64,000 nucleotides of DNA from Acidimicrobiales bacterium. GTDB taxonomy: Bacteria > Actinomycetota > Acidimicrobiia > Acidimicrobiales > Bog-793. Below the pieces are notes generated by a model. It saw nothing but the letters and a program-made list of their open reading frames with translations, was not told the origin of the DNA and ran no database searches. A program made the translations under genes and the position numbers. The stretch lies in the NCBI GenBank assembly GCA_052146595.1, contig JBKQMT010000174.1:10370-74369 (forward strand), read 5' to 3'. The stretch's first letter is position 1. Each line of letters starts with the position of its first letter. Below are positions 1 to 9,142 of this stretch, piece after piece.

Positions 1-431
1 GGCGGGGCGGAGGCAACGTCGTCTGCCGCACGCACGGTCTCCGTCTCGATACCGGAGTCGCTGGCCATGTCCGCAGCGTCGTCGAAGTTGATGCCGTCGC
101 CGCTGTAATTCCCGTACAGGAAGAGCACGCCCTTGCCCGATTGAGAAGCCTTCGTCGCGGCCAGAATCGCGTCGGCCGACGGAGAGGAGAACGTGTTCCC
201 AACCGCTACCGCGCTGCACAGGCCTTGACCGACGTAGCCCAGGAACAGAGGCAGATGTCCTGAGCCCCCACCGGTGACTATGGCAACCTTCGGATCGGCT
301 CCGGACGGCTCGACCCGCCTGAGGGCTCTCGGAAAGCCAGGGACGGCGCAGAACTCCCTTGGGTACGCCTTCAGCAAGCCGTCGAGGAAGTCATCGACGA
401 AGTTCTTCGGGTCGTTCATTATCTTGCGCAT
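1..431 (-). CDS. dhaK: Dihydroxyacetone kinase DhaK (Dak1) subunit, N-terminal part; the C-terminus runs off the window edge
   Basis: Own minus-strand translation (absent from the ORF track because there is no stop in the window): MRKIMNDPKNFVDDFLDGLLKAYP...VAIVTGGGSGHLPLFLGYVGQG...GVLFLYGNYSGDGINFDD, matching Dak1-type GGGSGH and NYxGD motifs. GGAGAGAGG lies about 8 nt upstream of the ATG at 431. Confidence 0.8.
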   Translation of the reverse strand, partial: MRKIMNDPKNFVDDFLDGLLKAYPREFCAVPGFPRALRRVEPSGADPKVAIVTGGGSGHLPLFLGYVGQGLCSAVAVGNTFSSPSADAILAATKASQSGKGVLFLYGNYSGDGINFDDAADMASDSGIETETVRAADDVASAP

Positions 432-718
432 GTACCACGACCTCTCTCCGCTCGAGCTGGTGGCTGTCAACCGTGACACCGGCCTGGAGCTGGCCACACA
501 GACGTCGGCCAGCTGACTATGTTCATCTCACAGATTAAACGACGAGATACAAGGGCCACAGCGTGATCTCTCTCACTACGGCACGTTGTGGACAGCAAAT
601 AAGGCGCTTTCGGGTGTTTCTACCGATGCGTGGCCTTGGGAGAACCACCCGAAGTCGCAGCAACGCTCAACCTCTCGGCGCCACCATCCGGGTGGCTGCA
701 GCTTTGGCACCGACAGCA

Positions 719-748
719 CGGGAGCCGGGTACAAGCACCCGGCTCCCG
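719..748 (-). terminator. Perfect 12-bp stem hairpin 15 nt downstream of the binding-protein gene stop
   Basis: cgggagccgggt-acaagc-acccggctcccg read directly. There is no clear U-tract, which is common in high-GC actinobacteria. Confidence 0.45.
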
Positions 749-762
749 TATCTGTTTCCGGT

Positions 763-1806
763 CTAACCGCAGGTCGTCGTGTAGAGGACCTTCTTCATTC
801 CGGGAGTATTCACGTTCGCCTTAGTCACCACCACGGCCCCGGTTCCGTAGAGGTAGGGGATCTGCGCAGCCGTGAGCTGGTGACGTATGTACCGTGCGAG
901 CACCGTGACAGCCCGGTAGCCCTCTTGGTAGGGCTCTTGGGCGATGAGGGCGGTGAACACGCCGTCCTCCAGGTCGGTGACCTCTACAGGCGTTGCGTCG
1001 TAGCCGACGACGGGCACCTTGCCCAGGTCGCCAGCTGCGACCACAGCCGCGGCAGCGCCTTGGGCATCACCCGCGTCGCTCACGTAAAGCCCACTCAGGT
1101 TCGGATGCGCCTCCAGGAGCGCGGAGGTGATTGTCGCCGCCTTTCCGGCGTCTGACTCCGCGTACTGCGTACCGAGCACCCTGATGTGCGGGTACTTGGC
1201 CTTCATTTCGTCGCGAAAGCCGTTCACGCGATCGACGTCCACCGGGATGCTCGGCGTCGAGTCCACGACGCCAACGATCCCTGTACCCTTAAGCCTCTTT
1301 GCCAGGTAGTCCGCTGCGAGTGCTCCAGCGGCCGTGTTGTTCGTTCGAACGTTCTCGAGCTCTACCTTCTGGGCGAGAGACCCGTCGACAGTCACTACCG
1401 GGATACCCTTGGCCATGAGAGCCTTCACCGGAGCAATGAAGACAGTCGGGGAGAATGGTGCGAGGATGATCCCGTTCGGCTTGCGCAGTTCGACGGCCTC
1501 CAGCGTGGCGACCTCGGGCGCGACGTCTATGGACGGGCTTCCCTGCCAAGTTAGATCGACGTTGTACACCTTGGAGGCGGCCTTCGCGCCGCATTCCATC
1601 GTTAGATAGAACGGATCAGCCGAGTCCGCTACGGCCGCGGCGATCGTGATCGCGCTGGTCGCGGACTTCATTGTGGCTTTCGCGGAGTGCACGCGCAGTG
1701 GGGCGCTCGTGCTCGACGCCGGAACGCTCCAGGCGACCATGGCGACGACAGACGCCACGGCTGCTACGACTAGGACCCCAGGCATTCTCAAAGTTCTTCT
1801 TTGCAT
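763..1806 (-). CDS. Periplasmic sugar-binding protein of a ribose/CUT2-type ABC importer
   Basis: Track ORF 763..1842. Signal-peptide-like N-terminus (MQRRTLRMPGVLVVAAVASVVAMVAW) and a PBP type-I pattern (GIILAPFSP...GIPVVTVDG...VVGYDATP). AGGAGGG lies 7 nt before the ATG at 1806, so I prefer that start. Confidence 0.8.
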   Translation of the reverse strand: MQRRTLRMPGVLVVAAVASVVAMVAWSVPASSTSAPLRVHSAKATMKSATSAITIAAAVADSADPFYLTMECGAKAASKVYNVDLTWQGSPSIDVAPEVATLEAVELRKPNGIILAPFSPTVFIAPVKALMAKGIPVVTVDGSLAQKVELENVRTNNTAAGALAADYLAKRLKGTGIVGVVDSTPSIPVDVDRVNGFRDEMKAKYPHIRVLGTQYAESDAGKAATITSALLEAHPNLSGLYVSDAGDAQGAAAAVVAAGDLGKVPVVGYDATPVEVTDLEDGVFTALIAQEPYQEGYRAVTVLARYIRHQLTAAQIPYLYGTGAVVVTKANVNTPGMKKVLYTTTCG

Positions 1807-1879
1807 TAACAGACCCTCCTGTGTCGACATGAACTGCGTCACGTGGAGTCGCGTTCATCACCCTCGCGACGCCCATATA

Positions 1880-2983
1880 TCACCCTCTTGCCCCAACCAC
1901 CTCCTTACTGTCCTTACGCGCTTTTAGACCTTCTTGCAAACGGCTTACAACCCTGAGAGTTGACCTTCCCTCGGCATCGGTGAAGCCCCGCACCGACACG
2001 GCGGCTATGAGGACAACCCCCACCGCGATCAGCTGGTAGAACGATGGCAACCCGACGACGACGAGACCATCCTGAAGGATCACGGCGAGCATCGCTCCGA
2101 GTGCAGCGCCCCAGACGGAGATCTTTCCGCCGAATAGGCTCGTCCCGCCGATCACCGCGCCAGCTATTGCCGCCAGGGCGTCGGTTGTGTGACCGCTGAG
2201 GTTCGTCGTCGTGTACCGGCTGAGGTCGATCAGGCCGGCAAACCCGGCGCACGAACCAGCCAACATGAAAAGGCGGGTGAGGTTCTTTCGCACGGGAACC
2301 CCGGCGCGAACCGCCGCCTCTCGGGAGGAGCCGAGTGCGAGGGTTCGAAGTCCAAAACGTGTCCTCCTCAGCAACGCCCCGGCGACGATCACCACTGCGA
2401 GCACGACGGCGAAAGGATCGGGTATCACGCCAAATAGGCTTGCTATCCCGAAGTTCTTCTGCAAGGCAAGGGGGATGCCGGAGATGTCGTAACCACCGGT
2501 CAACACGTCCGCGAGACCGGTCATGATGCCCAGAGTTGCCAGCGTCGCGATGAAGGAGTTCACCCGGAGTCGTGTGACGACTATGGAGATGAAGAGCCCC
2601 GCGGTTGCGCCCGTCAGAACGCAGACGATCCCGCCGAGTGCTATCGCGGCGCCGGAACCAGCCCCAGCCATCGCGACCATCACCTTGCCGCCGACGACAG
2701 ACGAGAGGATGATGTTCGCTCCGAGTGAAATGTCGAGCTCGCCAGCACCGAGGAGGAAGGCGACACCCACACCCAGAAGTACCGTTTGACTCCCGTCGAG
2801 CGCGAGATCTTTGAAGCTTTGCACGGACAAGAAGGCGTGGGCGGGCGAGAGTATCCCAAATAGGAGCACCGCAAAGACATCGACGCCGAGAATGACAAAG
2901 ACGGGTGTAGCTCCTCGCCGCCAGCGCGAGTAGTGCAGGGGCTTGTCTAGCTGAGGATGAGTGACGGCCGAAGGGCTAGCCAT
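1880..2983 (-). CDS. ABC sugar permease (RbsC/branched-chain family, multi-TM)
   Basis: Track ORF 1880..3019. Hydrophobic throughout (LLGVGVAFLLGAGELDISLGANI...). The ATG at 2983 has an AAGGTGAGG RBS and gives an 8-nt overlap with the upstream ATPase stop. Confidence 0.8.
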   Translation of the reverse strand: MASPSAVTHPQLDKPLHYSRWRRGATPVFVILGVDVFAVLLFGILSPAHAFLSVQSFKDLALDGSQTVLLGVGVAFLLGAGELDISLGANIILSSVVGGKVMVAMAGAGSGAAIALGGIVCVLTGATAGLFISIVVTRLRVNSFIATLATLGIMTGLADVLTGGYDISGIPLALQKNFGIASLFGVIPDPFAVVLAVVIVAGALLRRTRFGLRTLALGSSREAAVRAGVPVRKNLTRLFMLAGSCAGFAGLIDLSRYTTTNLSGHTTDALAAIAGAVIGGTSLFGGKISVWGAALGAMLAVILQDGLVVVGLPSFYQLIAVGVVLIAAVSVRGFTDAEGRSTLRVVSRLQEGLKARKDSKEVVGARG

Positions 2984-3833
2984 GGTCTGCCTCACCTTCG
3001 CCTTGAACAGTCGTCTCACCGAGCATCGCCCCGACGATCTGGGCGATCGTCACACCCTTGGCGGCGAACTCCTTGACTACGGCTCCTTGGCGCATCACAA
3101 CGACACGATTCGCCACTTCGACGACAGCAGGAATGTCGTGAGAGATCATCAGCACGGCGATCCCCTGATTGGCTACCTCCTTGACAAGATCGCGTACGAT
3201 GCCTGTCTGGCGTGTTCCCAGAGCGGCGGTCGGCTCGTCGAGAAGAAGCACCTGACGCCCCCATTTCACAGCTCGTGCGATCGCAACGGCCTGCCTTTGC
3301 CCTCCCGAGAGCAGGCTTACGGGAAGTTCGACCGTCGGCAGCTCGATACCGAGGTCGCGAAGGGCCTCATCGGCTTCTACGGCCATTGCTTTGCGATTGA
3401 GGATTCCAAGCAATCGCCGCCAGTCGCTCAACAGAACCTCGTGTCCGAGATAGATGTTCTCGAGCACTGACAGATCTGGAGCCAGGGCAAGGTCCTGGTA
3501 TACGACGCCGATGCCGTGCAGCTGAGCGTCGACCACAGTTCCCTCCTGGAAGACCTCGTCTCCCACGCTGACCCGGCCAGCATCCTGGGTCACCGCTCCA
3601 CACATGACTTTGAGAAGAGTCGACTTTCCCGCGCCGTTGTCACCGACCAGTGCCACGATCTCACCCGGTGCGACCGCGAGGGATGCTCCTCGTAGCGCCT
3701 GGACGTGCCCGTAGCTCTTCCAGACCCCGTCGACGGCGATCGCCGTTCCCAAGCTCGTCTGTCCCTGGCCGGGCCCGGTGGGCGGCCCGAAGGGAGTGGG
3801 CGCAGGGACGGGTTCCATACCCTCGGCAGGCAT
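2976..3833 (-). CDS. ABC transporter ATP-binding protein, single nucleotide-binding domain
   Basis: Walker A GDNGAGKST, signature LSGGQRQ, Walker B LLLDEPT. The long track ORF (to 4229) overlaps the GntR gene in another frame, so I use the internal ATG at 3833 (MPAEGMEP...). Confidence 0.85.
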   Translation of the reverse strand: MPAEGMEPVPAPTPFGPPTGPGQGQTSLGTAIAVDGVWKSYGHVQALRGASLAVAPGEIVALVGDNGAGKSTLLKVMCGAVTQDAGRVSVGDEVFQEGTVVDAQLHGIGVVYQDLALAPDLSVLENIYLGHEVLLSDWRRLLGILNRKAMAVEADEALRDLGIELPTVELPVSLLSGGQRQAVAIARAVKWGRQVLLLDEPTAALGTRQTGIVRDLVKEVANQGIAVLMISHDIPAVVEVANRVVVMRQGAVVKEFAAKGVTIAQIVGAMLGETTVQGEGEADHG

Positions 3834-3972
3834 CACCGAAGCTCCGGCAAGCTGCGCCTCCGGGCGTTCGCCCCCGGAACAGACGCCATATCGAACGAAG
3901 AACTCATATCGCCGACCGACTCCTCGTTGCGTGAACCACATTGCAGGCAGGCGCCGCCCTCTTGGCTGGCAC

Positions 3973-4806
3973 CTACCAATTGCCCAGGTACTGGTCGTCC
4001 GTTCGAACCGATCTCCCGTCACGGGACGACGAAACCCTCTCCGGAGTTCCACGGACACGGCGCACCAGGAAGCGAAACGCGGTGCGGACGTGGTATTCCT
4101 CGGAGAACATGACGACGCGCCCGTCCTCATCACAGTCGACCTGCTCGATGAGCAGGACGATGCTCTCCGCACTGATTCCGAGGGCTTTACCCACGTGGTG
4201 ACCGGCCTTGGTCGGGATGAGCCGGGCATAGCCGTTCCTCACCACTATTCCCCAGCTCTCGAGGAGATCGTAGAGGCTGCCGCCCTCAGCCAGTTCCTCG
4301 CAGCTGCTGCGGCAGCTGAGAACGGGGACGTAGTCGACAGTCAACGCGACCGGCCTTCCGGCCGCTGTGCGCACTCGCTCGATCTTCCGCACCCAGGTTC
4401 CTACAGGTTGCTCCAATCTGGCGGCGTACTTGGCGTCCAGCTTCTCCTCGGTGATCGCAATCGAGGCCGTGCCTGCCGCGAGGCCACCGCTCTCGATGAT
4501 CTCGGTCATCCCGTAGTTCGTCGTGAGGGAGCTCTCTATTATCGGGTAGGGCTCGTTGACGAATGTCCCGATGCCGGCACGTTTGATCAGAATCCCGTCG
4601 ACCTCGAGTGCTCGGATGGCTTCCCGGAGCACGACCCTGCTCACGCCGAGCTGGCGGGCAAACTCAGGCTCTCCCACCAGCTGGCTGCCCACCGGGTACA
4701 CGCCCTCGGAAACGAGTCGAAGAATCTCGTCGTACACCGCGGCATACAAGGGCCACTCGCTGCCCACGCGCTCTGGTCCACCTGCTCCTTCCCTAGGGTC
4801 GGCCAT
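3973..4806 (-). CDS. GntR-family transcriptional regulator, HutC subfamily (wHTH plus UTRA-like C-terminal domain)
   Basis: LYAAVYDEILRLVSEGVYPVGSQLVGEPEFARQLGVSRVVLREAIRALEVDGIL. AGGAGG lies 9 nt before the ATG at 4806. The track ORF start at 5046 would overlap the aldolase gene. Confidence 0.8.
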   Translation of the reverse strand: MADPREGAGGPERVGSEWPLYAAVYDEILRLVSEGVYPVGSQLVGEPEFARQLGVSRVVLREAIRALEVDGILIKRAGIGTFVNEPYPIIESSLTTNYGMTEIIESGGLAAGTASIAITEEKLDAKYAARLEQPVGTWVRKIERVRTAAGRPVALTVDYVPVLSCRSSCEELAEGGSLYDLLESWGIVVRNGYARLIPTKAGHHVGKALGISAESIVLLIEQVDCDEDGRVVMFSEEYHVRTAFRFLVRRVRGTPERVSSSRDGRSVRTDDQYLGNW

Positions 4807-4826
4807 CTGTGATTGCCTCCTGACAT

Positions 4827-5675
4827 TTAGTTGGCAGGGGACGGTCGGCGGTCCTGCTCCATGACCGGTTCCCCATGAACAAGCAAGCTCAAGTCGCGTA
4901 CGAGCCCGATCCTCTCGGTCGACTGCACGATATTGCGGCCGATGACCAGCCCGCTGGCCCCGCCATCGAGCGCGCCTTTCGCCATGTCGAGAACAGCCGC
5001 GGATGAGGAGAGCTCCCCGCCGGCAACGAGGATCGGCGTGGGACACGCCTCAACAACTTTCGCGAGCGATTCCGCGCTGCCGGGCCATTCGACCTTGACC
5101 AGGTCGCAACCGACTTCAGAGGCCATTCGAGCTGCGGTGGCGACGTAGTCGGCCCTGATTTCCTCGGCCCTGCTTATGCCTCGCCCTCGTATCATCGTCT
5201 CGATGACTCTGACGACGCCGAGCCGTTCGCACTCCAACGTCAAGGCGGCATTGTGCTCGACGTGTCGCGCCTCCGCTTCCCGATCGCTCCAACCGATGAA
5301 CATGTAGCTGATAACGCCATCGGCACCGAAGCTCAGCGCGTCCTCGACGCTTCCCAGGATCGCGGAGCGACCCTCAACCTCGAGGTCGGAAGCAGGACCT
5401 TCTCGAAACGCGTTATTCCACTCGAGACAGACTATGAGCCCTGGCCCATTCTTCCCGGCAAACTCAGGTGCGCTGGCGCGCAGCATGCCGGGACTCATCA
5501 TCAGGGCATCAAGCCCTACATCGGCGACCTGTCGGGCCATCTGCCCTAAGCTTCTTGCCGGACCTTCTCCGACAATCGGGCCGCGCAGCAAGCCGTGTGC
5601 GAACGTCCCTATGAGGGACCGGCCATCACGGGAATCGACTACGCGGCCAAGGCGAATTGCGCTACCTATTGCCAT
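4827..5675 (-). CDS. Class I aldolase of the DhnA/FbaB/LsrF (DeoC-fold) family
   Basis: Family-like layout: DALMMSPG...GADGVISYMFIG...CDLVKVEWPG...ILVAGGE. Confidence 0.7.
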   Translation of the reverse strand: MAIGSAIRLGRVVDSRDGRSLIGTFAHGLLRGPIVGEGPARSLGQMARQVADVGLDALMMSPGMLRASAPEFAGKNGPGLIVCLEWNNAFREGPASDLEVEGRSAILGSVEDALSFGADGVISYMFIGWSDREAEARHVEHNAALTLECERLGVVRVIETMIRGRGISRAEEIRADYVATAARMASEVGCDLVKVEWPGSAESLAKVVEACPTPILVAGGELSSSAAVLDMAKGALDGGASGLVIGRNIVQSTERIGLVRDLSLLVHGEPVMEQDRRPSPAN

Positions 5676-7210
5676 GCTGTGCCCTCCTCGGCAAGGGGTC
5701 CGCAGATGGGACGTCCTTTACGCATTGCCAATTGGATCTCGATCTCATGGATGTGGGCGGGCTTGCAGACGAGTGGGCTCTCCTTCAAGACAAGGAGGTC
5801 GGCCTGCATTCCGGGCGCCAGGTCACCTTTGGTGGCCTCCTCTCCGGCGCACCAGGCCGCGCCTGAGGTGAACAACCGCAGTGCCTCCAAAGGCGTGGTC
5901 CTTTGCATGGAATACCTGGCGTTGACACAGCTTTCCAGCCCGAGAAGAGAATCAGGCGGAGTAACAGGACTGTCGGAACCGCCCGACACGACGATTCCCT
6001 CGTCCAGCATCCAGCGAAGGGGGTAGAGGCGCCTCACTCGCTTTGGACCCATGCGCTGCGCGTACACTCCGCCCGGCCGACCGCGCAGATAGGTGAACGC
6101 AGGCTGAGTCGAAATGCAGGCACGTAGTTGCGCCACGCGTTGCAACTGGCGCTTGGTGACATCGCCGCAATGCTCTAGTCGCCACCTGATGTTCCCGTCG
6201 ACCTCCTGGGAAGCCTTCTCGATTCCTCTCAGCGCAACCTCGATCGCACGCCCACCTATGACGTGCACTGCCGGCTGCAAGCCGGATCGGGCGGCGGCAA
6301 AGAAGAAGTCGCCGAGTTGTTCCTCGGTCAGGTAGAGCAGGCCACGCGAGCCGGCCTCGTCGGAATAAGGGTTCCGTAACGCGGCAGTTCTCGATCCGAG
6401 CGTGCCGTCGACGAGGACGTCACCGCCGACGTGTGCATATCCCTTCTCCTGTGCGCGCGCGACGTCCATCACGCACCAGTAGACGACCACGTCTGTCGCC
6501 AGTGTGTCGCGTATTCTGTCGAGGACGTCCAAGCCGAGATCGCCGAAGAGGCTGCCGCCCTCCATTGCGTGGACGGTCGTAGCGCCGCGCTGCGCTGCGG
6601 CGCGGCTTGCGGCGCGCAAGACTTCCTCCACGTACTTCTCACCTTGCGCTTCCATGACGCGCCCTCTCGCCAGACCGAGCGATTGACCGCGAAGGACGCC
6701 GCCGCTTTGTTCAAGCTGAGGCAAGCGGAGGCGCCTGATCGCTTCGGTATTACAGAGTGCGAAGTGCAGACTTCGGTGATCGACGAGGACCGGACGGCGG
6801 GGAAACGCCTTGTCGAGTTCGGCCAGCGTCGGAAGGCGGGCATCTTGCAGACGGTCCTCGTCGAGATGGCCGGCGACCACCCAATCGGTGAGGCTGTGAG
6901 TGGCCGCGGTTCTCAGTAGCTCCAGCACCTCGCCTATCGACCCGGCCATGGCCAAGTCAAGGGTCAGGAGCTGGATCCCTGTGGACAACATGTGATAGTG
7001 GGCGTCCACGAGACCCGGTACCACGGTGGAGCCACCAAGGTCGAGCACCCTCGAAGCGTCAGGCCAGCGATTGGCAGTTTGATGGCGGGAGATTGACTCA
7101 ATTGCGCCCGACTCGGAGATCAGGACGTCCGAGAGCCCGAGTGATCCCCTGCTGGGAGACACGACATTCGCGCGGCTCAGCACGGTACGGCGGGTAGAAG
7201 GGACCTTCAT
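5666..7210 (-). CDS. Metal-dependent amidohydrolase (Amidohydrolase_3 / YtcJ-like)
   Basis: VVPGLVDAHYHM (HxH metal motif) and C-terminal GSDSPV. ATGA start/stop overlap with the kinase gene at 7207-7210. Confidence 0.75.
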   Translation of the reverse strand: MKVPSTRRTVLSRANVVSPSRGSLGLSDVLISESGAIESISRHQTANRWPDASRVLDLGGSTVVPGLVDAHYHMLSTGIQLLTLDLAMAGSIGEVLELLRTAATHSLTDWVVAGHLDEDRLQDARLPTLAELDKAFPRRPVLVDHRSLHFALCNTEAIRRLRLPQLEQSGGVLRGQSLGLARGRVMEAQGEKYVEEVLRAASRAAAQRGATTVHAMEGGSLFGDLGLDVLDRIRDTLATDVVVYWCVMDVARAQEKGYAHVGGDVLVDGTLGSRTAALRNPYSDEAGSRGLLYLTEEQLGDFFFAAARSGLQPAVHVIGGRAIEVALRGIEKASQEVDGNIRWRLEHCGDVTKRQLQRVAQLRACISTQPAFTYLRGRPGGVYAQRMGPKRVRRLYPLRWMLDEGIVVSGGSDSPVTPPDSLLGLESCVNARYSMQRTTPLEALRLFTSGAAWCAGEEATKGDLAPGMQADLLVLKESPLVCKPAHIHEIEIQLAMRKGRPICGPLAEEGTAWQ

Positions 7211-8721
7211 TCTTGTCTCACAGTCGCTGGGGCGAAGGCTGATTGTTGATCGCACAGGAGCTCCCGCACGGCGCAATACTCCTGGTAGCGGTCGTGATAT
7301 GCGTCCGTCACCGATGCCTCAGGCTGGTACCAGCGGCTAATGAGGACCATCTCTGCCGCGGCCGACGAGCAATCGGGGAAAGCTCGGTCCGCCACCGCAG
7401 CAAGCAAGGCAGCGCCAAGGCAACTGCTGTCGACAATCTCCGGGACCGCGATCGGCCTCTCCAAGATGCTCGCCTTCAGCCGCATCCAACGAGCGGAGCG
7501 ACTCCCGCCACCGCCATTTCGTGCTGCGCCCAGGCGAAGACCGGCCTCTTCCATGCTCTCGATGGTGAAGCGAAGCTCGAACACGAGAGCCTCTACCAGC
7601 GCTCTGGCGATCTCGGCACGTGTTGTTGAGAGCGATAGCCCGAAGATTGCAGCCCTGGCGTCGGCATTTCGCCTCGGCGAGAAGGATCCTGCGAACTGGG
7701 GCAGGACCAGGAGCGAGGAGGGCGACAGGTCGGCCAAAGTTGCGCTGCGGTACAAGCTGAGATCGTCAACCGAGCTGATGCCGGTAAGACTCCTGTACCA
7801 CTCGATGGCGGAGCCCGCCGTGAAGTTCATCCCGGTGGCCAGATAACCGCCGGGCGCGTATGGTGTGACGAAAAGAAACTGATCCGGCCTGTAAGGTACC
7901 GCTGACGTTTCTGGAATCGGAACGTCGACTGCCTCAACGGAGCCTGTTCCGATGGCTGCGGCTGTGTCGTCCACGACACCCAATCCGAGGCAGGCGCACG
8001 ACTGGTCGAGTCCCCCCGCGACTACGGTACAACCGGCTGGGATGCCCAACTCGTCGGCGACCTGCTTTCCGAGTGAGCCGATAACGGCGCCTTGAGGCAC
8101 GGGCGCCGCGAATAGCTCGCTGGAAAGCTGTAGCGGCGCAAGGATGTCAGTGCACCACTCGCGAGCATGAATGTCGAAAGCCATGGTGCGGGCGGCGTTT
8201 GAATAGTCGACAACGGGCTCGAGCCCTAGGCGCAGCAAGATGAGCTCCTGCCAGAGGCAGAATTTCCACGTCTGGCGAAATAGCGACGGCATGTGCTCAC
8301 GAAACCAGAGGACTCGCATCAGTGTGTACATGCCGTCGAGAGGCTGTCCTGTTATCTCAAAGAGGGTTGCTTCCCCTATCGTTTCCCGCAAGAGGGGCAC
8401 GTACTCCGATCCGCGGCTGTCAAACGACGCGAATGCGTTGTACAGGGGACTCTTGTCGACAGCTACTGGGACAACGGCTTCACCGGCGACAGATATCCCG
8501 ATCGCCCTTATTGGATCGTGACGCACGTCAGTCGTAGATGTCACCGCTCGGATGGCTGCAAGAAGAGCCTGCCACTGGGTCTCGGGGTTGAACTCTCGCC
8601 AGCCCTCTCGGGGCGACTCGAGCAGATAGGGGACCTTCGCTGTCGCCAGCAGCGAACCGTCCACGCCGAACGCAGCCGCCTTGGCCGAGCTGCCGCCCAA
8701 GTCGAGACCAAGATAGCTCAT
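7207..8721 (-). CDS. FGGY-family carbohydrate kinase (xylulokinase/LsrK-like)
   Basis: N-terminal MSYLGLDLGGSSAKAAAF and the typical FGGY N and C domain layout. AGGAG lies 5 nt upstream of the ATG. Confidence 0.85.
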   Translation of the reverse strand: MSYLGLDLGGSSAKAAAFGVDGSLLATAKVPYLLESPREGWREFNPETQWQALLAAIRAVTSTTDVRHDPIRAIGISVAGEAVVPVAVDKSPLYNAFASFDSRGSEYVPLLRETIGEATLFEITGQPLDGMYTLMRVLWFREHMPSLFRQTWKFCLWQELILLRLGLEPVVDYSNAARTMAFDIHAREWCTDILAPLQLSSELFAAPVPQGAVIGSLGKQVADELGIPAGCTVVAGGLDQSCACLGLGVVDDTAAAIGTGSVEAVDVPIPETSAVPYRPDQFLFVTPYAPGGYLATGMNFTAGSAIEWYRSLTGISSVDDLSLYRSATLADLSPSSLLVLPQFAGSFSPRRNADARAAIFGLSLSTTRAEIARALVEALVFELRFTIESMEEAGLRLGAARNGGGGSRSARWMRLKASILERPIAVPEIVDSSCLGAALLAAVADRAFPDCSSAAAEMVLISRWYQPEASVTDAYHDRYQEYCAVRELLCDQQSAFAPATVRQE

Positions 8722-8732
8722 GAAGGCTCCTG

Positions 8733-8751
8733 TTAGACAGCTGCAGTCTAA
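8733..8751. promoter_or_regulatory. Inverted repeat TTAGAC-N7-GTCTAA just upstream of the kinase RBS; candidate operator of the HutC/GntR regulator
   Basis: Read directly from the sequence. HutC-type operators are built from GT.TA.AC-like half sites (established knowledge). Confidence 0.35.
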
Positions 8752-9142
8752 TGACTGATGTCTGCGAGGTCAAGGTCGCCTGTGAGGCGATGGCGCCAAC
8801 ACGACTGAGTGGACGAGCATCCCGAGCCTGGTGAACCGGATTTGGGATTCGGACAGCAGGCGCATCCCTGAGGACGAGGCGGGCGAGATCTCCAAGCGCT
8901 GGGCGCGTCGCTACCCGACTGGCGTCTTAGGCGGCGATCCCGGAGGGCCTAGTCCAGAAAGTGTTGACTTCGGCACCGTCAGTTTCTCCTGCCGGCAGGG
9001 TGTTCTCCGGCGGGTCGTCCCAAGGCTCGCGCGGCCGCGTGGATCACGGGGAACAAGGCAGAGGGGCTAGCCTACGGCACAGAGCCGCAGCTCTCCTCAG
9101 CTGTGCTCGTGTGAATCCCCTCATTCGAAAGGTCTCCTTCAA

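Noticed and set aside
274-1155. Plus-strand ORFs 274..516, 563..766, 586..1155 and 630..824 in and around the dhaK/binding-protein intergenic region.
   Set aside because: They overlap the dhaK or binding-protein genes in antisense, or lie in a region of mixed composition. They have no RBS and no recognisable motifs.
2976-4229. Long N-terminal extensions of track ORFs: ABC ATPase to 4229, GntR to 5046, helicase to 15999, gadB to 35662, GH38 to 62969, PIG-L to 59090, F420 reductase to 19241.
   Set aside because: The extensions overlap neighbouring genes in other frames and are Arg/Ser/Pro-rich. Internal ATG/GTG codons have good RBS or ATGA/GTGA coupling and match the family N-termini.
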